DNA of 64,000 nucleotides from positions 126,722 through 190,721 of the forward strand of contig DF237065.1 in assembly GCA_000708835.1 (NCBI GenBank), given 5' to 3'. The stretch's first letter is position 1. Each line of letters starts with the position of its first letter. Origin of the DNA: Klebsormidium nitens. Lineage: Eukaryota > Plantae > Klebsormidiophyceae. Below the pieces are notes generated by a model that saw only the letters and a list, made by a program, of their open reading frames with translations, made no database searches and was not told the DNA's origin. This document shows positions 27,201-40,627 of the stretch, piece after piece. Both the position numbers and the translations under genes were made by a program.

Positions 27201-30200
27201 GGGCTTCAGCATGGCAGTCATGATGGACACGGAGGGCAGCGAGGTGCACATGGGTGACCTTGGGGGGCCGGGCAAGGCAGAGGTGGGTGCCACAAGGAGG
27301 AGGAAATACAGAAAGACGAGAAACGATGCACTAACAGAGCGAATGCATGGAGAAAGGGTTACGTTGCGGAAAGCGCATGGAGGTTAGGACGGTTCTTGGA
27401 TGCTGCAGCAGGGATTGCTTCAAGCGGTTGAAATCCGCTCTTCGCTAAGGAAACACGGGAGTTAGCACGGGAGTTAGCAAGTAAAATTACTGCATTTCTC
27501 TGGCAGAACTTTAGAACAACTTTGGGGAGTGAGACGGGTTCCAAACATCAGAGCATCTTGCTCCTTGCGCAGGATGGGGACATGTGGACATTCACGGTGC
27601 GGAACTCAAAGGCAGACAAGACGATCCAGGTCAACTACGACGGTTTCGTAGATGGTGAGCCCTCACTTTCTGTCTAGATCATCTCAATCCTTCGAAACAT
27701 TTGTGCTGAACTGAGGGTTCCTGCGAATTGGTTCTCGTATTTGGAAACGGATCCTCGATGGGCTATGATCGATTTGTATGCGAGCATGTGAACGTATGCA
27801 TTTCTGGAATTTCGGCCCTTGTCAACCAACAACTCTCTGCCTCTCTTGCATACGTTCCAGAAGGGACGGATGAGTCTGCCTAGCAGAAGTGTTTTTTGGT
27901 GCCTTGTTGAGCGCTTTTAGAAGTGTACTCGGTTGCTCTAAGTCCGCCTCGAACTCCCGCGGCAACGAGATATTTGTGCACGGGGGCTTGGTGCGTTGCA
28001 TCATCATAAAGCCACGGCTTCCTGAACCAATTCCCTGGAGCAGCTCCCCAACATCCTCAGAATTTGGGCTCCTTCAACCGCAGAAACCATGCAATCGTAC
28101 GGACTCCTGACCAACGCTCCATACGAACGCTGGGGCTTCTGACGCTTTGCAGACGTTATGGTCGGTGACGAGATCGTTCTGGATGGGAGCTTGGTGCGCG
28201 TCAATGTAGAAGACTGCAAGGGCTCCGGTCTATCGGATTGGCAAGGCCCCCGAAAGTATTGGGTTTCTCGACCGTGGACAGCAGCACTTCTTGTAAGTGC
28301 CTGACCGTGACCCTTTACAAAAGCGGAGACTTCTACGTTTTGCAGACGTCATGGTCGGTGACGAGATCGTGGTGGACGGCGGCATGGTGCGCTTCATGAT
28401 TGAGGAGCGCAATGGCCCCGACGTCGTTGCCCGGTGCATTGACCCGGGCCTCCTGCTGCCACGTGCCAACCTCACGTTCTGGCGCCAGGGAAACCTCATC
28501 CGGGAGCGCAACTCGATGCTGCCCACTATCTCGTCAAAGGTGGGGGGTCATGCTTATCGGCCTTTCTCACTCTCACGTNNNNNNNNNNNNNNNNNNNNNN
28601 NNNNNNNNNNNNNNNNNNNNNNNNNNNNNNNNNNNNNNNNNNNNNNNNNNNNNNNNNNNNNNNNNNNNNNNNNNNNNNNNNNNNNNNNNNNNNNNNNNNN
28701 NNNNNNNNNNNNNNNNNNNNNNNNNNNNNNNNNNNNNNNNNNNNNNNNNNNNNNNNNNNNNNNNNNNNNNNNNNNNNNNNNNNNNNNNNNNNNNNNNNNN
28801 NNNNNNNNNNNNNNNNNNNNNNNNNNNNNNNNNNNNNNNNNNNNNNNNNNNNNNNNNNNNNNNNNNNNNNNNNNNNNNNNNNNNNNNNNNNNNNNNNNNN
28901 NNNNNNNNNNNNNNNNNNNNNNNNNNNNNNNNNNNNNNNNNNNNNNNNNNNNNNNNNNNNNNNNNNNNNNNNNNNNNNNNNNNNNNNNNNNNNNNNNNNN
29001 NNNNNNNNNNNNNNNNNNNNNNNNNNNNNNNNNNNNNNNNNNNNNNNNNNNNNNNNNNNNNNNNNNNNNNNNNNNNNNNNNNNNNNNNNNNNNNNNNNNN
29101 NNNNNNNNNNNNNNNNNNCAAAGGTGGGGGATCATGCTTATCGGCCTTTCTCACTCTCACGTCAAAGGTGGGGGATCATGCTTGTCGGCCTTTCTCACTC
29201 TCAGACAAGTCAACTTCTTCAGCCGCTGAAGTCGGAAGCAGCCGTCGCTGGATTGAGGCACTCTGCGAGGGACGAACGTCCATCAGGTCCCACTTTGTTG
29301 AACGTTTGAGAAGAGCTGAAATCTGCGGATGCAGCGAGCCAAGAATCAAAAATGTACAGCTACCTCAAGCAGCTTACCGCGATTCCTTAAGAGCCGCTCA
29401 ATCCGAGTTCGGCTGTGCAAACGGTGCCCCTTACGGAATCTCTAAGATTTCGAGATATCTAAAGTTAGAGAACAATCTAGGACTCTGTTGTTGCATTGGA
29501 TTCAGCATCGTGGAGTGCGTCGTTTCCATCTGGCAGTCTTTGTAACGCTGCTAAACGTGCTGAAGCAAACTAAATGCCTCGAGTAGATGCTTTCGAAACC
29601 CGCTTGATTCGCCTTTGGCAAATCCGAAGGTATCAGCTTCGCCCCCGTTTTCTTTCATTACAATCTGCGATGTGCTGCGCGCCTTCGCAACCTACACGAC
29701 GCTGAAAATGAAAGCCTTCCTTTCCGTTCCAGGACTGGCTTGACTTTCATTTTGGCATTACCGGAGGCGTCTGCTTTATCGTCGAGTCGCTCGTTAAGAT
29801 GCCCGGTGTGCTTGAAGAATATTGCAATGTTCAAAACTTCTCAGATTTGCATCCTGATTCCTGCAACCTCTGTTCTACAGGATTGGCTCGACATCGACTT
29901 TGGCATCGCGGAAAGCGTTGACTTCATCGCCTGTCTCGTTCGTCAAACGCCGGACGTGCTGACTGCCCTCGTCTTGCCAAATTTTCAGATCAACTGATAA
30001 TAAAAGCCTTTTTTTCTCTCTCAGGACTGGCTCGACATCGACTTCGGCATCGCCGAAGGCGTTGACTTCAACGCCGTGTCGTTCGTCAAGACGCCCGACG
30101 TGCTGGAACACTGCAAGTTTTGGAGTACATTTTAAACCCGCAGTAGCAAAATGCATGTCTCTAGAAACGATCAACCCCTTCATTATTCTTATCTCCTCGT

Positions 30201-33081
30201 TCAGGATTGGCTTGACATCGACTTTGGAATTGCGGAAGGCGTCGATTTCATTGCCGTGTCGTTCGTCAAGACGCCCGACGTGCTCAAGCACCTGCGCAGC
30301 TACATCGAGTCCCGCGCGCGAGACCGCAAGATCAACGTCATCGCAAAGATCGAGTCGCGCGACTCGCTGAAAAACCTAGAGGACATCATTACGGTGTCCG
30401 ATGGCGCCATGGTGGCGCGGGGGGACCTCGGGGCGCAAGTGCCCTTGGAACAGGTTAGGCAGTTGCTCGTTCATCTTTTGCCTTTTCTTTTAGTTTCTGC
30501 TCGTCCATATTGAGAATTACTCGTGTCTTCTTTGCTTCTTGTGCCGTGTACTTTCTTCCTCGTCGTCAGCAGCCCCCTCTTTTACGAGCTTCGTTCGTGT
30601 TACTGCTTGCGACGAACTTGATTCCGATGCTCGATGAAAACATGCGGTGTTAATCTCTTCCTTTGTGAAACGTGCCTGTTGACCGTACCAAACGAACACC
30701 CATCAGTGTCTTCAGTATCGAGGCTATACTGCAGCTCACATTGGAATTGTCCTGCTTACCGAGTTTTGACATCCTATAAAGCAGTCGTCAATGACCAACC
30801 GGATTACGGACTTCTCTCATCCAATTTTCGTATCACAGGCGTCCCCCCCCACAGCCCCCTTGCGATTCGCCCTCGGTTGTTGACACTCCTTTCGGTTTCT
30901 CCCCAGGTTCCCAGCATCCAGAAGGACGTGGTGCACCTCTGCCGGTCGCTCAACAAGCCCGTCATTGTGGCTAGCCAGCTCCTTGAGTCGATGATCGAGT
31001 ACCCGACGCCCACCCGGGCTGAGGTGAGCCCCGCCGCCACTCTTTTCCGGATTCAAACTTTGCTATCGTGGCGTTTGTTTCCCGAGATTGGTCTACTTCA
31101 AAGACGAGAAGCGGGACTCATGCTGGCAGAAGGCGTGTGGTCATTTGTGACTTTTCGGGCTTCTGCTCAAGTCGAGGATCCTTGGAGACCCACTGAAGCT
31201 TTGCATTTCTTTGGTTGTGATACATTTGGAAGGAAGAGGTGCCTAGGGCGTGAGCCCGATGCATTGCTATGCGGCACACATTCGTCCAGGTTACCGACAT
31301 GATTATGTTTCATGCTGCCGTTTGCAGCACTTACTTTTCTTTCAACCATGCGGCAGCCGCATGCAGTGTCCTCTAGCGACACATTCTTCGAAGCTTCTAC
31401 AGAAGCCACATTGTTTTGGAGGACATCAGTCGCGGAACTCAGTTGCGGACCTCTCGGAGGCTGTCCGGCAGCACGGCTCGACACTCGCAGCTCACCGTTT
31501 CTCACCGTTTCCAGGGATGATCGACGCTGTCCTTAAAACAGGTCTCCTGAAAGGTAGTCGTCGTCGTTCAGGTGGTAGACATTTCGAAGGCCGTACGGCA
31601 GCATCGCTACACAGTTGCGCATTCATTGGTCCTTTTCTCTTCTTATGATCCAGATACATTAAACTCAACTGATCTACAAGCTTCGATTATTTTGTACACC
31701 AAGTTGCATTCCTCTGAAAAACTTGATCGGTTTGGAAATCAGAAGTACATTTTTTTGTCCAGGTTGCGGACATCTCGGAGGCCGTCCGGCAGCGCGCGGA
31801 CGCCCTGATGCTGTCCGGGGAGTCCGCCGTCGGGCGCTACCCCGAGAAGGCCCTCGGCGTCCTGCGCACCGTGAGCCAGCGCATCGAGCGCTGGTGCCGC
31901 GAGGAAAAGCACCACGAAACCCTGCGCCTGCCGGAGCTATCGACGATTCTGAACGAGAGGATCAGCGAGCAGATCTGCAACAGCGCAGCACAGATGGCGA
32001 ACCGGCTGGAGGCGGACGCGATCTTTGTGTACACGCGACGCGGCAAGATGGCGAGCCTCCTGAGCCGGAACCGGCCCGACTGCCCGATCTTTGCTTTCAC
32101 GGACAACCCGTCGATCCGGCAGGTAGGCGACGGTTGGATCGCATCGACCAGTCTGGCTTCACACGTTCTTTTCATCCTAGTCAATAGTTGAGTTCAAGGC
32201 TTCTGTTACGTTTTTATCTCACAATGACAATTCTCTCTTTCAGTGGAGGACCCGTCGATCCGGCAGGTAGCGAGGGGGGAGTTACCAATCAAATTTGCGC
32301 TGGATTTTGTCACAAAAGGATTGTGTGCGACTAAAGAACTTCTTTTCCCGTTGACGGAATTGAAAAGCGCGTGCTTTTGTCATTGACGGTGCCGCTTGCG
32401 ACGAACAACTCGTGAACTGACGGGTATGCAGGGCAGCTTGTCCTGTATTGTCTGCCTTTTGGTCTTTGGGGTGTCCTTCTGAAAATTTTTGCGTTTGATG
32501 ATGCTTAACTCTGATAAAACGGCCGTGTATATATGTTGTGAATTACTCCCATTCGACTTGCCATACGTCTTTTCTCTGGAACCGAACGTCTGTGAGCTTT
32601 GTCTTATTCCTCTCTTTCCTGTCTCGTATTCATCTGCTTCGTGATCGAAAGGATCGAAGTTGCAAGCATCCCTCCCTGTATCTGCATCTCCCGCGTCGAA
32701 AGATGACTTGCGACTACAATGCTCTACCCTCCTCTTCTTACCCTCTTGGCCTTTTAACGTTGCTTGCTCTGCCTTTTTGATCATCTCCTTTGCCCCCTCT
32801 TGTCCTTGTTGAGAAACCCCAACAGTCTGAAAGGTCTGATAATCCCCCTGTTTGTCCCGCAGCGCCTGAACCTGTACTGGGGCCTCATTCCGTTCCGTCT
32901 CTCCTTCTCCGAGGATATGGAGATCAACCTGCAGCGCACATTCGCGCTGCTCCTCAAGCGCGGCATGATGAAGTCCGGGGAGGTGGTTATCGTGGTGTCC
33001 GACATAACCCAGGTTAACGAGGCCGACCTGCGGCAGTCTATCCAGATCAGGAAGCTCCCTTCCCTGGAGTCGCTCAGTTAG
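24261..33081 (+). CDS. PKP1: Plastid pyruvate kinase alpha subunit
   Basis: Exons 24261-24499, 26252-26612, 27166-27282, 27573-27654, 28346-28539, 30205-30453, 30907-31023, 31763-32122, 32863-33081. Motifs [96 protein letters not shown] and [16 protein letters not shown] are of the PKp-alpha type. Confidence 0.95.
28532..29204 (+). repeat. 44-bp tandem repeat containing the PK exon 5 splice donor, interrupted by a 540-N gap (28579-29118)
   Basis: Unit gtcaaaggtgggggatcatgcttatcggcctttctcactctcac is present before the gap and twice after it. Confidence 0.9.
29725..30115 (+). repeat. Three intronic degenerate copies of the PK exon 6 acceptor plus 5' exon part
   Basis: AG|DWLD..-like starts at 29733, 29881 and 30025, versus the real exon at 30205. 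Confidence 0.95.
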
Positions 33082-34639
33082 TTGCTCGGTTAAAGCTGGG
33101 TTGAGGTTGGGAGGTGGGTCAGTGAATGCGGGCTTCGATCAAAGCCGGGCTCGATTGCTTCCAAGGGGCGTCAAGCCTGGGGTAGTGAGGGGGGGGGGGT
33201 CCAGGAATGGGTCTCCTTGACACCAATTGCTTTAGCCAAAGCAACTACTTCGAAAAAAGCTTAACCCAAAGCTAGATTGGTATGTGGGTCAACGTGAGCT
33301 TCCTGTGAGGTGATTGATACGGACAGGATAGGGGCGTCGCCTGCTGCTTCAGTTCTTGGGCTGCTTTGATGTGGGGCAAAGTGATGGTGGCTCCGCTGAA
33401 CCTTTCGGGATGCATTACAGGCCTAAGGCCATTTGGAGGGCCCTTTGTGTATACAGTGGAAATATTAGATTCCTTGGAAGAAAGAGGGGGATGGATCATA
33501 GGCGAGTGATAAATTGCGCAAGGCCGGGTAATATCACCCCACAAGCGAGCTAGTGAGTGGAATCCACGTCGTCGGAGAAGCAGCCGTTTCTTCCTTTTTC
33601 AAGCATCGTGCTAGCTAGTTCATTGAGGCCTTGCGGCAGCTCCAAGCTGTCCCTGACGATCTGAGTTGCAAAGTAAGCATTAGATTGTGAATCAGCCATG
33701 AAATCTGTCCACTTGTCAATTGATTGAACGTGTACCACCTCCGGGTTGGAGGCTTGAGTGCGCTGACTCGTGAAGCTTCTCATTTGAACAGCAGAAGCGT
33801 TTAAGCTTGTAGGCCCATGCAATTGTGTGCATGACATGAAATGTGCCCAATGATGCCTTATTGAGCACCGTCAGCGGCCAGCTACTAGGTCAGTTCGAGT
33901 TGAAAGCACGGTACTGTCAATATACGAGTCAGCTCTGGTAAACGATGGTTGCACGAGTCACTGGTGGTTCAATACTGTATATGACAGTCGGTTGTACTCG
34001 ATTTAGTTCTATCGTAGTCGCACATGTTCGAGCTCGCTGCACATGCGCCATCCAAACATGACTCATGTCTGATGCCCATGCGAGTGCGGCGCAATTTATA
34101 TTATTAGTATACAGCCGTCAACTGACGCTCATAGAGTTAAGCCCGTGCAATATGTTGCGCAAACCTTGACCAATGATCAATCATTTGCGCATGCTCATGC
34201 ATGGTGTCTAGCTAGCTAGCTAGGTACGTATATGTATACAGATCATGGTGCTCGAGCATATGTGACTCTGCATGGCTGCATGCGCTTTGCTTTTCTTAGA
34301 AACCTATATGCGGCGGACCGCTTCGCTGATGAACGTACATACCGCCTCAGTTGCACATACCACCGGCCATGGCATACCCTTGTAGGCTTAAGGCGGGTCC
34401 GAGGTACATAACTCCGACCATCTAGCCTGGTAGCTGCGTTCCACCCGACACATGGCCCGCCAAGCAATACATGATTGTGACAGTGCTGCACATGGAACGT
34501 CCTCGTGTGCTGCGTTGCTTTCGTTTCTGAGTAGTCAACCGTGGCAGTATGTTGGCGGAGAACACAATGTGCAAAATGCTCTTGCATTTCTCTTCGTTCC
34601 AACATAAAGGTTGTATGCGGCCAACAACGTCATGGCCTT

Positions 34640-37600
34640 TCAGGCTGGTTTATGTTGCAACGACCTTTCTAACCTCGCAATGGCTTCCGTGACTTTATCC
34701 GTGTCATCTTCGTATTCACTTGGCGGCCGAACCCTTTGACTCTGCTCGGCCTCAAAAATGCTAGATCTGTCGATCATCCCTCGTAACAAACCTGCGAAGT
34801 GATAGAGCTGAACGTCTTGCAACGAGTCTGCTGAAAATTTGAGGAATACCCGTGTGAACATGGGTTTGCAAGAACCATTGCCAGAAGCACTAGCGGTTGA
34901 AGGGGAACTTATTATTCCCGCACTTCCAAGCTTCAAAACGAGAGGCTGAAACGTAGAAACCCTGAAGAAAAGCTACGATACAACTATGAAAAATAATCGC
35001 AATCACACAGGAAAGCAGGTTTGACTGAGGGCGCGTTTGCCGGCAATTCAAAGCGAAAAAGGAATAAACGACGAAGTTGGAATTCAAAATACAGGTCACT
35101 CACCTAAAGGAAGACATAGAGCAGCGCCAACGGCAGACGAAGCGGCAGCCGCTCGCAAACGTAAAGGAAGGGTCACCCCCGGACCCGGCACTGCATAAGG
35201 ATGACAGACAATTATGCAGCAACTTCACTTCGGGTGGACGAATCGTCAACTCCGTGGTTTTTGTCTGGGAACATGAGGTTTTGGCCCACAATACCCCGAA
35301 TTTGGTGTTTACCAGCAACAGAGTAATGTTATTTCTAAACCGCCCGACCGTCGCAACCATAACGGGGTGGACTGAAATCCGGGATTTCATTTCATCTGGC
35401 CTAAGAGAGCGACTGCTACTGTGCGTGCTTCGGTGTGAATCGCCCCACGACCGTAATGGAGCTCTTCAAGCAACCTCAGGGCTTTGGACACGGCGGCTTG
35501 CAAACTTGCACGCACGCTCGTCGACAAAAGTGTCCTATCCTAAAGCGAAGCCCGGATCTTGCACCGCTCTCGTTCGAACTCAATGTCCCCAAAACGACAA
35601 AGCTTTCAAATCAGCCGGAACGACTGTCTCCAGAAGGCTTTCTAACATTCATCTCCAAGATATTGTACCCGTTTATCCCCAACCAACCTTTCAATACCAT
35701 CGCGGGTAAAGGCGGAGCATATCAGCGGCACTGAAGTCTCACCTGTGCCTTTCAGATCGCATGCTAGCCAGAACTCTCTCCAACCGTTAAAATAGCAGGC
35801 CAGATCGACGACAGATCTGTGAAACTTACGTGCCAGACCCGCTGCTCCGCAAGCGATCGCCCCCGCAGCCATGCTGTCCCAAACGTCCGACTTTTCTCGA
35901 TACGCAATCATGCCTTGCTGGATCCCGGAATACAGCGCCACGAAGCCCCCAACCTGGGAACGTGCCGATGACAATTGTCAGGTACTAGCACGTAAGAGGC
36001 ATGGCAATCGTGTGTGTGCCAGCTGTCTTCTTGCTGTGCTCTTAGTAATCCACGGTGCCTTTGACAAGGACAAACAATAAAAGTCAAGAATTTGTTTAAT
36101 ATTTGAAAGAGTAGGTTGCAGCGTCCAATAAATACTACTTGTATAGCACACTAACCTGAAGCACCACTTTCCTTAGAATGTCAAAAGTAGCTCCTTGATT
36201 TGCACCACCGCTCCGAAAAGTTCTCGAGGCCAACTATATTCTGCCCTTCTACCAGGTAGTCATTCCGTTGAGCGCTCATGTTGAAAACCGTCCTGTCATC
36301 AACGACTACATACGGTGTGCAACGAGACGACGTCACAGCTTTGATTACTTGCAAGTCACGACTGCTTTCAGCGGCTGACAGAGTGGGGCTAAAGATAATC
36401 AGTACCTTTCAAAACGAGGCTGGCCAGGGACGGTTGACCTGGCAAGGTTGAATGCGAAACCCTGGTCTTGGTTGCCTTCGACCATTTACATGTTGCAAAG
36501 GCCCCAGAACACGCCCAAACCCGCCACGTCGTCATGCCCAACCTGGTCCCCAATTCCGGTCCCAAGAATACTAATTTTCCTTGACCACCCTTACACCAAG
36601 TTACTCAGCCCCAAATCCTGACCAACCGTCAAAACAGTACGAAGTTTGCCAACTTCGCAAGCAATACATAACATACCCGCACTCCCGAGCGCAATGCCCC
36701 TCTCGTGATCTTCAGAAACCTCCGCTCCATCAGGTGGCGCTTGTAGTTCGGGACTCGCTTCTCGGCGGCCCGGATGCCGTCCTGATTGCCAAACTCGTAG
36801 CCGGTTGTGCTGGCGTGCGCCCCGCTGTCGGCTCGGGGCGGCGGCACAAAATGACTCTCCTGAGAGAGAAAAGGTATAGAAACTTGAGTAAATTTCGCCT
36901 GTTTTAGGGTAAGCACCTGAGGGACGGGTGAGGTTAGTCTGGGGGTTAGGGTGGGTGCGAGTGGGGAGCGCGTATTATTTCGGTTAGGGATTTTAGTTGA
37001 GGTGCCCGGGGCTTTTGTATCTTGCAAAAATCTCTAGTAGATATCAATCTAGAGTTACCAGTATCGTACAGAAAGCGTTCGGCTCTTTCCATCTCTGCAG
37101 TGACTCTTGTGTTCTGGATGGCTCTCACACGTCCTGAGGTCTGACTCATACTTACAGGCATCGACGTTATGATCAAGACTGACAAAAGAGTGTGTGACCA
37201 ATGTCAGTTTCCTGACAAGGGTCTCTCAGTACTGGGATTCATTCTGGAAAGCCCAGCACACCAGCAATCAGAGCGGCAGGACTGTCTCAATACAACTGCA
37301 AGTGTCACGACACAACGCTTCTATCAGTGCAAACGTTTTCCATGAACAGGGCGGGTGGATGCGGCTACTTTATCACCTTCCGCCAGCTCTTTCACAAAGA
37401 GGGAACCTTGAAAGTCAACAGCTCACTTCCCAGACCCCGCGCTGGGGACCGAGAATAAGTAAGTCCTCCTTTTGATGTACCAAGATGTGAAGACGTGAAA
37501 GGTAAAACTCCTGACACAGCCGCACCAAGATTTTAAGGAATGGAAGGTAACTCTGCTGAAATTGATGGCTCTAGGACCATCATAGGGAGACAGCCAGAGA

Positions 37601-37721
37601 ATGAAAAGGAGCGCACCTTTGGGGCCAACGCCTCACGCACACCACCAAACACGGCCCCTGCGAGCACCCCCGCTGTGCTGGTTGCGGCCCATTCCTGGAC
37701 CTCCGGAGGCGGAGGGGGCAC
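34640..37721 (-). CDS. Tim17/Tim22/Tim23 family membrane protein (At5g63000-like)
   Basis: Exons 37721-37617, 36859-36677, 35953-35830, 35190-35104, 34791-34640. Motifs PPPEVQEWA, MERRFLKITRGALRSGVR, KSDVWDSMAAGA, ALCLPLG and VTEAIARLERSL. The last acceptor could instead be near 34831. Confidence 0.82.
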
Positions 37722-39510
37722 CTATGCACACAGGAAGGATGCAGTTTGCAAAAAATGAGGTTGAAACTTGGTTAGTAGCCCCCTGACCAGGCCTCTAATT
37801 TGGTTAAGAGGCATGGGTTATGTTGTTGATTTGCGGACCTTTCCTGTGCTGCAAACATACCGGGCCATTACGAGAAACTTGGAAACTCAACGGAGTTTCC
37901 ACTCTTTCCTTATGAGCAGAGCACCAGGTGTGATGTGAACAGGAGTGACTGTCCGAGACGAGCCTTGATGATTTCTGGGTCAACGGAAGCTAGAAGAAAC
38001 AGATGCATGAGTACAACTTGAACTGCTGAAACCGCTGATTGGATTAGATCGTATCGAGCAATTGAAAAGGATTTAGGAAATGACAGATTCAGCTTACCTC
38101 CTCTCCAGGTTCAATACGGCGGAACAGCTCTTTCATGGTCAGTTTATGGCTTGCCTCCAAGAAAAGTTGCCTGCAAAAGCGAAGAGCGATTGAAAGTGGT
38201 GGGGCACGAAACAAACTCGATGGCAGCAGAGGGTAAGCTGCTTGACGTCTTCTTTGAATACCTCAAGGGGAGAACAATCTTAGACCCTGAGAACCAAGAA
38301 ACTGTATCGATTTCAAAGCTAGAGTTGGGCATGCGACGGAAAGGGTGATTGTTTTGATGATGACAACGGAAGTCAACGAGGAGTCTGAGAGTCACTTGGT
38401 AAACTTGTTACCCACAGCTTGCCCTGCCACAGTTCTCCAATCAATCACTTTCATGTAACGCTGAGACTGCTAAGATTGTGCAGAAGATGCAGGCGCAACA
38501 TTGCAGGACTTGCCATTGCTCGCCAGCAGATTCCACTAACATCAAACAACCACTGCACAGAGATGATCTTTGCTACATCGCATCCATCTTGCAAACTTTA
38601 TTTGACTGCCAGAAATTCTTACCAATCAGGTTGTTCTGAAACAACTTTCTCTGAGGTGTTTTTCACCAAACGCGCAGAGTCGAAGTGCTTATTCTTCTCC
38701 GTGTGATGTCAGCAGCCTCTCTCGCAGATATAAACCAAATTGGCAGACGTCTGCTGCAGCCTTCCACAGTGCGATCTGTGCGCCAGCTCGACCTCGTCTT
38801 TGCTTGCTCAGTTGCTGATCAATTCTGATCCAGCAAGCGCAGCTGACATTCATTTTAACTTGAATGTTTGAGCAGCAAACAAATATAGGAGGTCGGCAAT
38901 TGGTCCGCCGCTTATGCATTCTTCGTTAGCAGCTTATCTGCAATCCTTGTCAAACTCGAGATAGAATCCGGCTCTTGCCTGTTTCAAACAGCTCTAGCCT
39001 CAACATGGATTCTCCTGATTCTCAAATAAGTTGGGAGACAATTTTCACAAATTTTAAGCGCGTATGTTTTTTGTAGCGCATATAGGCCAGGGCCGCGGTA
39101 CTGCTTGAAGGAGAGTCAAGACTCAAGAGCAGAGGTCACGAGTGCAAAACCAGATGATGATCTTGTCATTGATGCACAAGATCACTGACACAGGGCTGCC
39201 TGCTGCCACTGCCAGTGCAGGTTCTTCAAGTTCTTGCACAGTACCACAGTCATCTTGACAGGAGAGCCTGCTCATGAGCTCCATTCCACTTGATCAATCT
39301 GGACTGATAGTTGTATCTTTGCGCAGTGGTGGTACAAACGATCAGGGCGGCCGCCGCTGCAGCTAAGTTTTCTGCTCACAAGTTGAGATTCGAATGCAAT
39401 CCAGAGGACAGTCGCCATCACACATAGGTCAGAGACGGACCATATTTGCAAGGTCGCTGGTACTTACCCTAGGTCTTGCACACTATCCTTCATAAAATAC
39501 TTGTAGTGCG

Positions 39511-40627
39511 ATGGTATTCCTTTTGCTGCAAATAAAGGCGGACTTGGAAAACTTGACGAACTTGCAGCAAGAGGATCCGTCAACGTTTGTCTACTATTTC
39601 AAGGTGAGTGTCTTTGCAGCAAAACTTGGACAGGTATTACTCTCTTTCTTAGTCTCGCACCACATTGGGGAGCAGGCCAAGCAAATGCCATGGCCTACTT
39701 AATGATATTTGGAGCAGCTTCACGTAAGGCAGGCCATTGCTTTGGCAGCTTGATGCTCAAAGAGTCAACTACTAGTTACTTGAGACCCTTCAAGTCTTGA
39801 GCCAAACCAAGGCAAGCTTAAAGCATTTGTCCAGATTGGTCCAGCCTACTTTTTATGTCCTGATCTGAAGATGGCACCCGCAAAGTTGCTGGCGCTCTGG
39901 CTGCTTGGCCCTCGCTTGGCAGCTTCTAAGGGGTTTGTCATGGAACTTCATGTTATAGGACCTCTGGCAAAGCTCCCTCGAAGCGTGTGACCTTACTTTG
40001 CGAGATTTTCCTTCCAGAATTGCTATCCTGCAACTTTGGAGTCAAATAATCGATAAATAAAGCAAGTAGTAAGGAGACCTGGCTAGACTTACCACCAAGG
40101 TCAATCTCGAGTCTGTCACTCTCAATGTCAGTGATCAATCTCTTGACCTATCAAATGTAAGGGATGCTTTTTCAGTAAGATCAGCACCAGATGACTTCGC
40201 TAGTAATCACTTCTGATCCTTTCAGGTCAAGTGTACGAGCTGCAATGAGCCCAGCGATAAGGAGTCTGGCTTGACGGCAGGCGAGCAGTATGACATTCCG
40301 GGTAGTCGAGGAACCGCGCATCTTGTTCAAAAGTGCAAGTTCTGCGGACGGACAGGCACAATCACTCTTGTGGAAGGGAAGGGCCGGCCACTCACAGCAG
40401 AAGACAGCGAGTCACAAAAAGAGGCACCGGTAGCATGCTTTGATTGCCGAGGGATGGAACCGATCGAATTCTTCCCGCGGGAGGGGTGGGTGGCTGAGGG
40501 AGTCGAGTCTGGTAAGAAGTTCGAGGTTGATCTGACGGAGCTCGAGCATGTAGACTACGACGAAAAGGCGAAAGAGAGCGTTGGGGTGTACAATGTGGAA
40601 CACAGTTTCAAAGTAACAAAGGGGTAA
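39511..40627 (+). CDS. CZIB: CXXC-motif zinc-binding protein (DUF866/C1orf123 family)
   Basis: Exons 39511-39603, 40226-40627. LQIKADLENLTNL, FKVKCTSC, GSRGTAHLVQKCKFC, FDCRGMEPIEF, DYDEKAKESVGV. Confidence 0.92.

Noticed and set aside
28297-29545. Long ORFs in the track spanning X runs
   Set aside because: Artefacts of the N gap.
37800-39480. 1.7-kb spacer between Tim17 and CZIB with short ORFs
   Set aside because: No identifiable protein motif, terminal repeats or target-site duplication.
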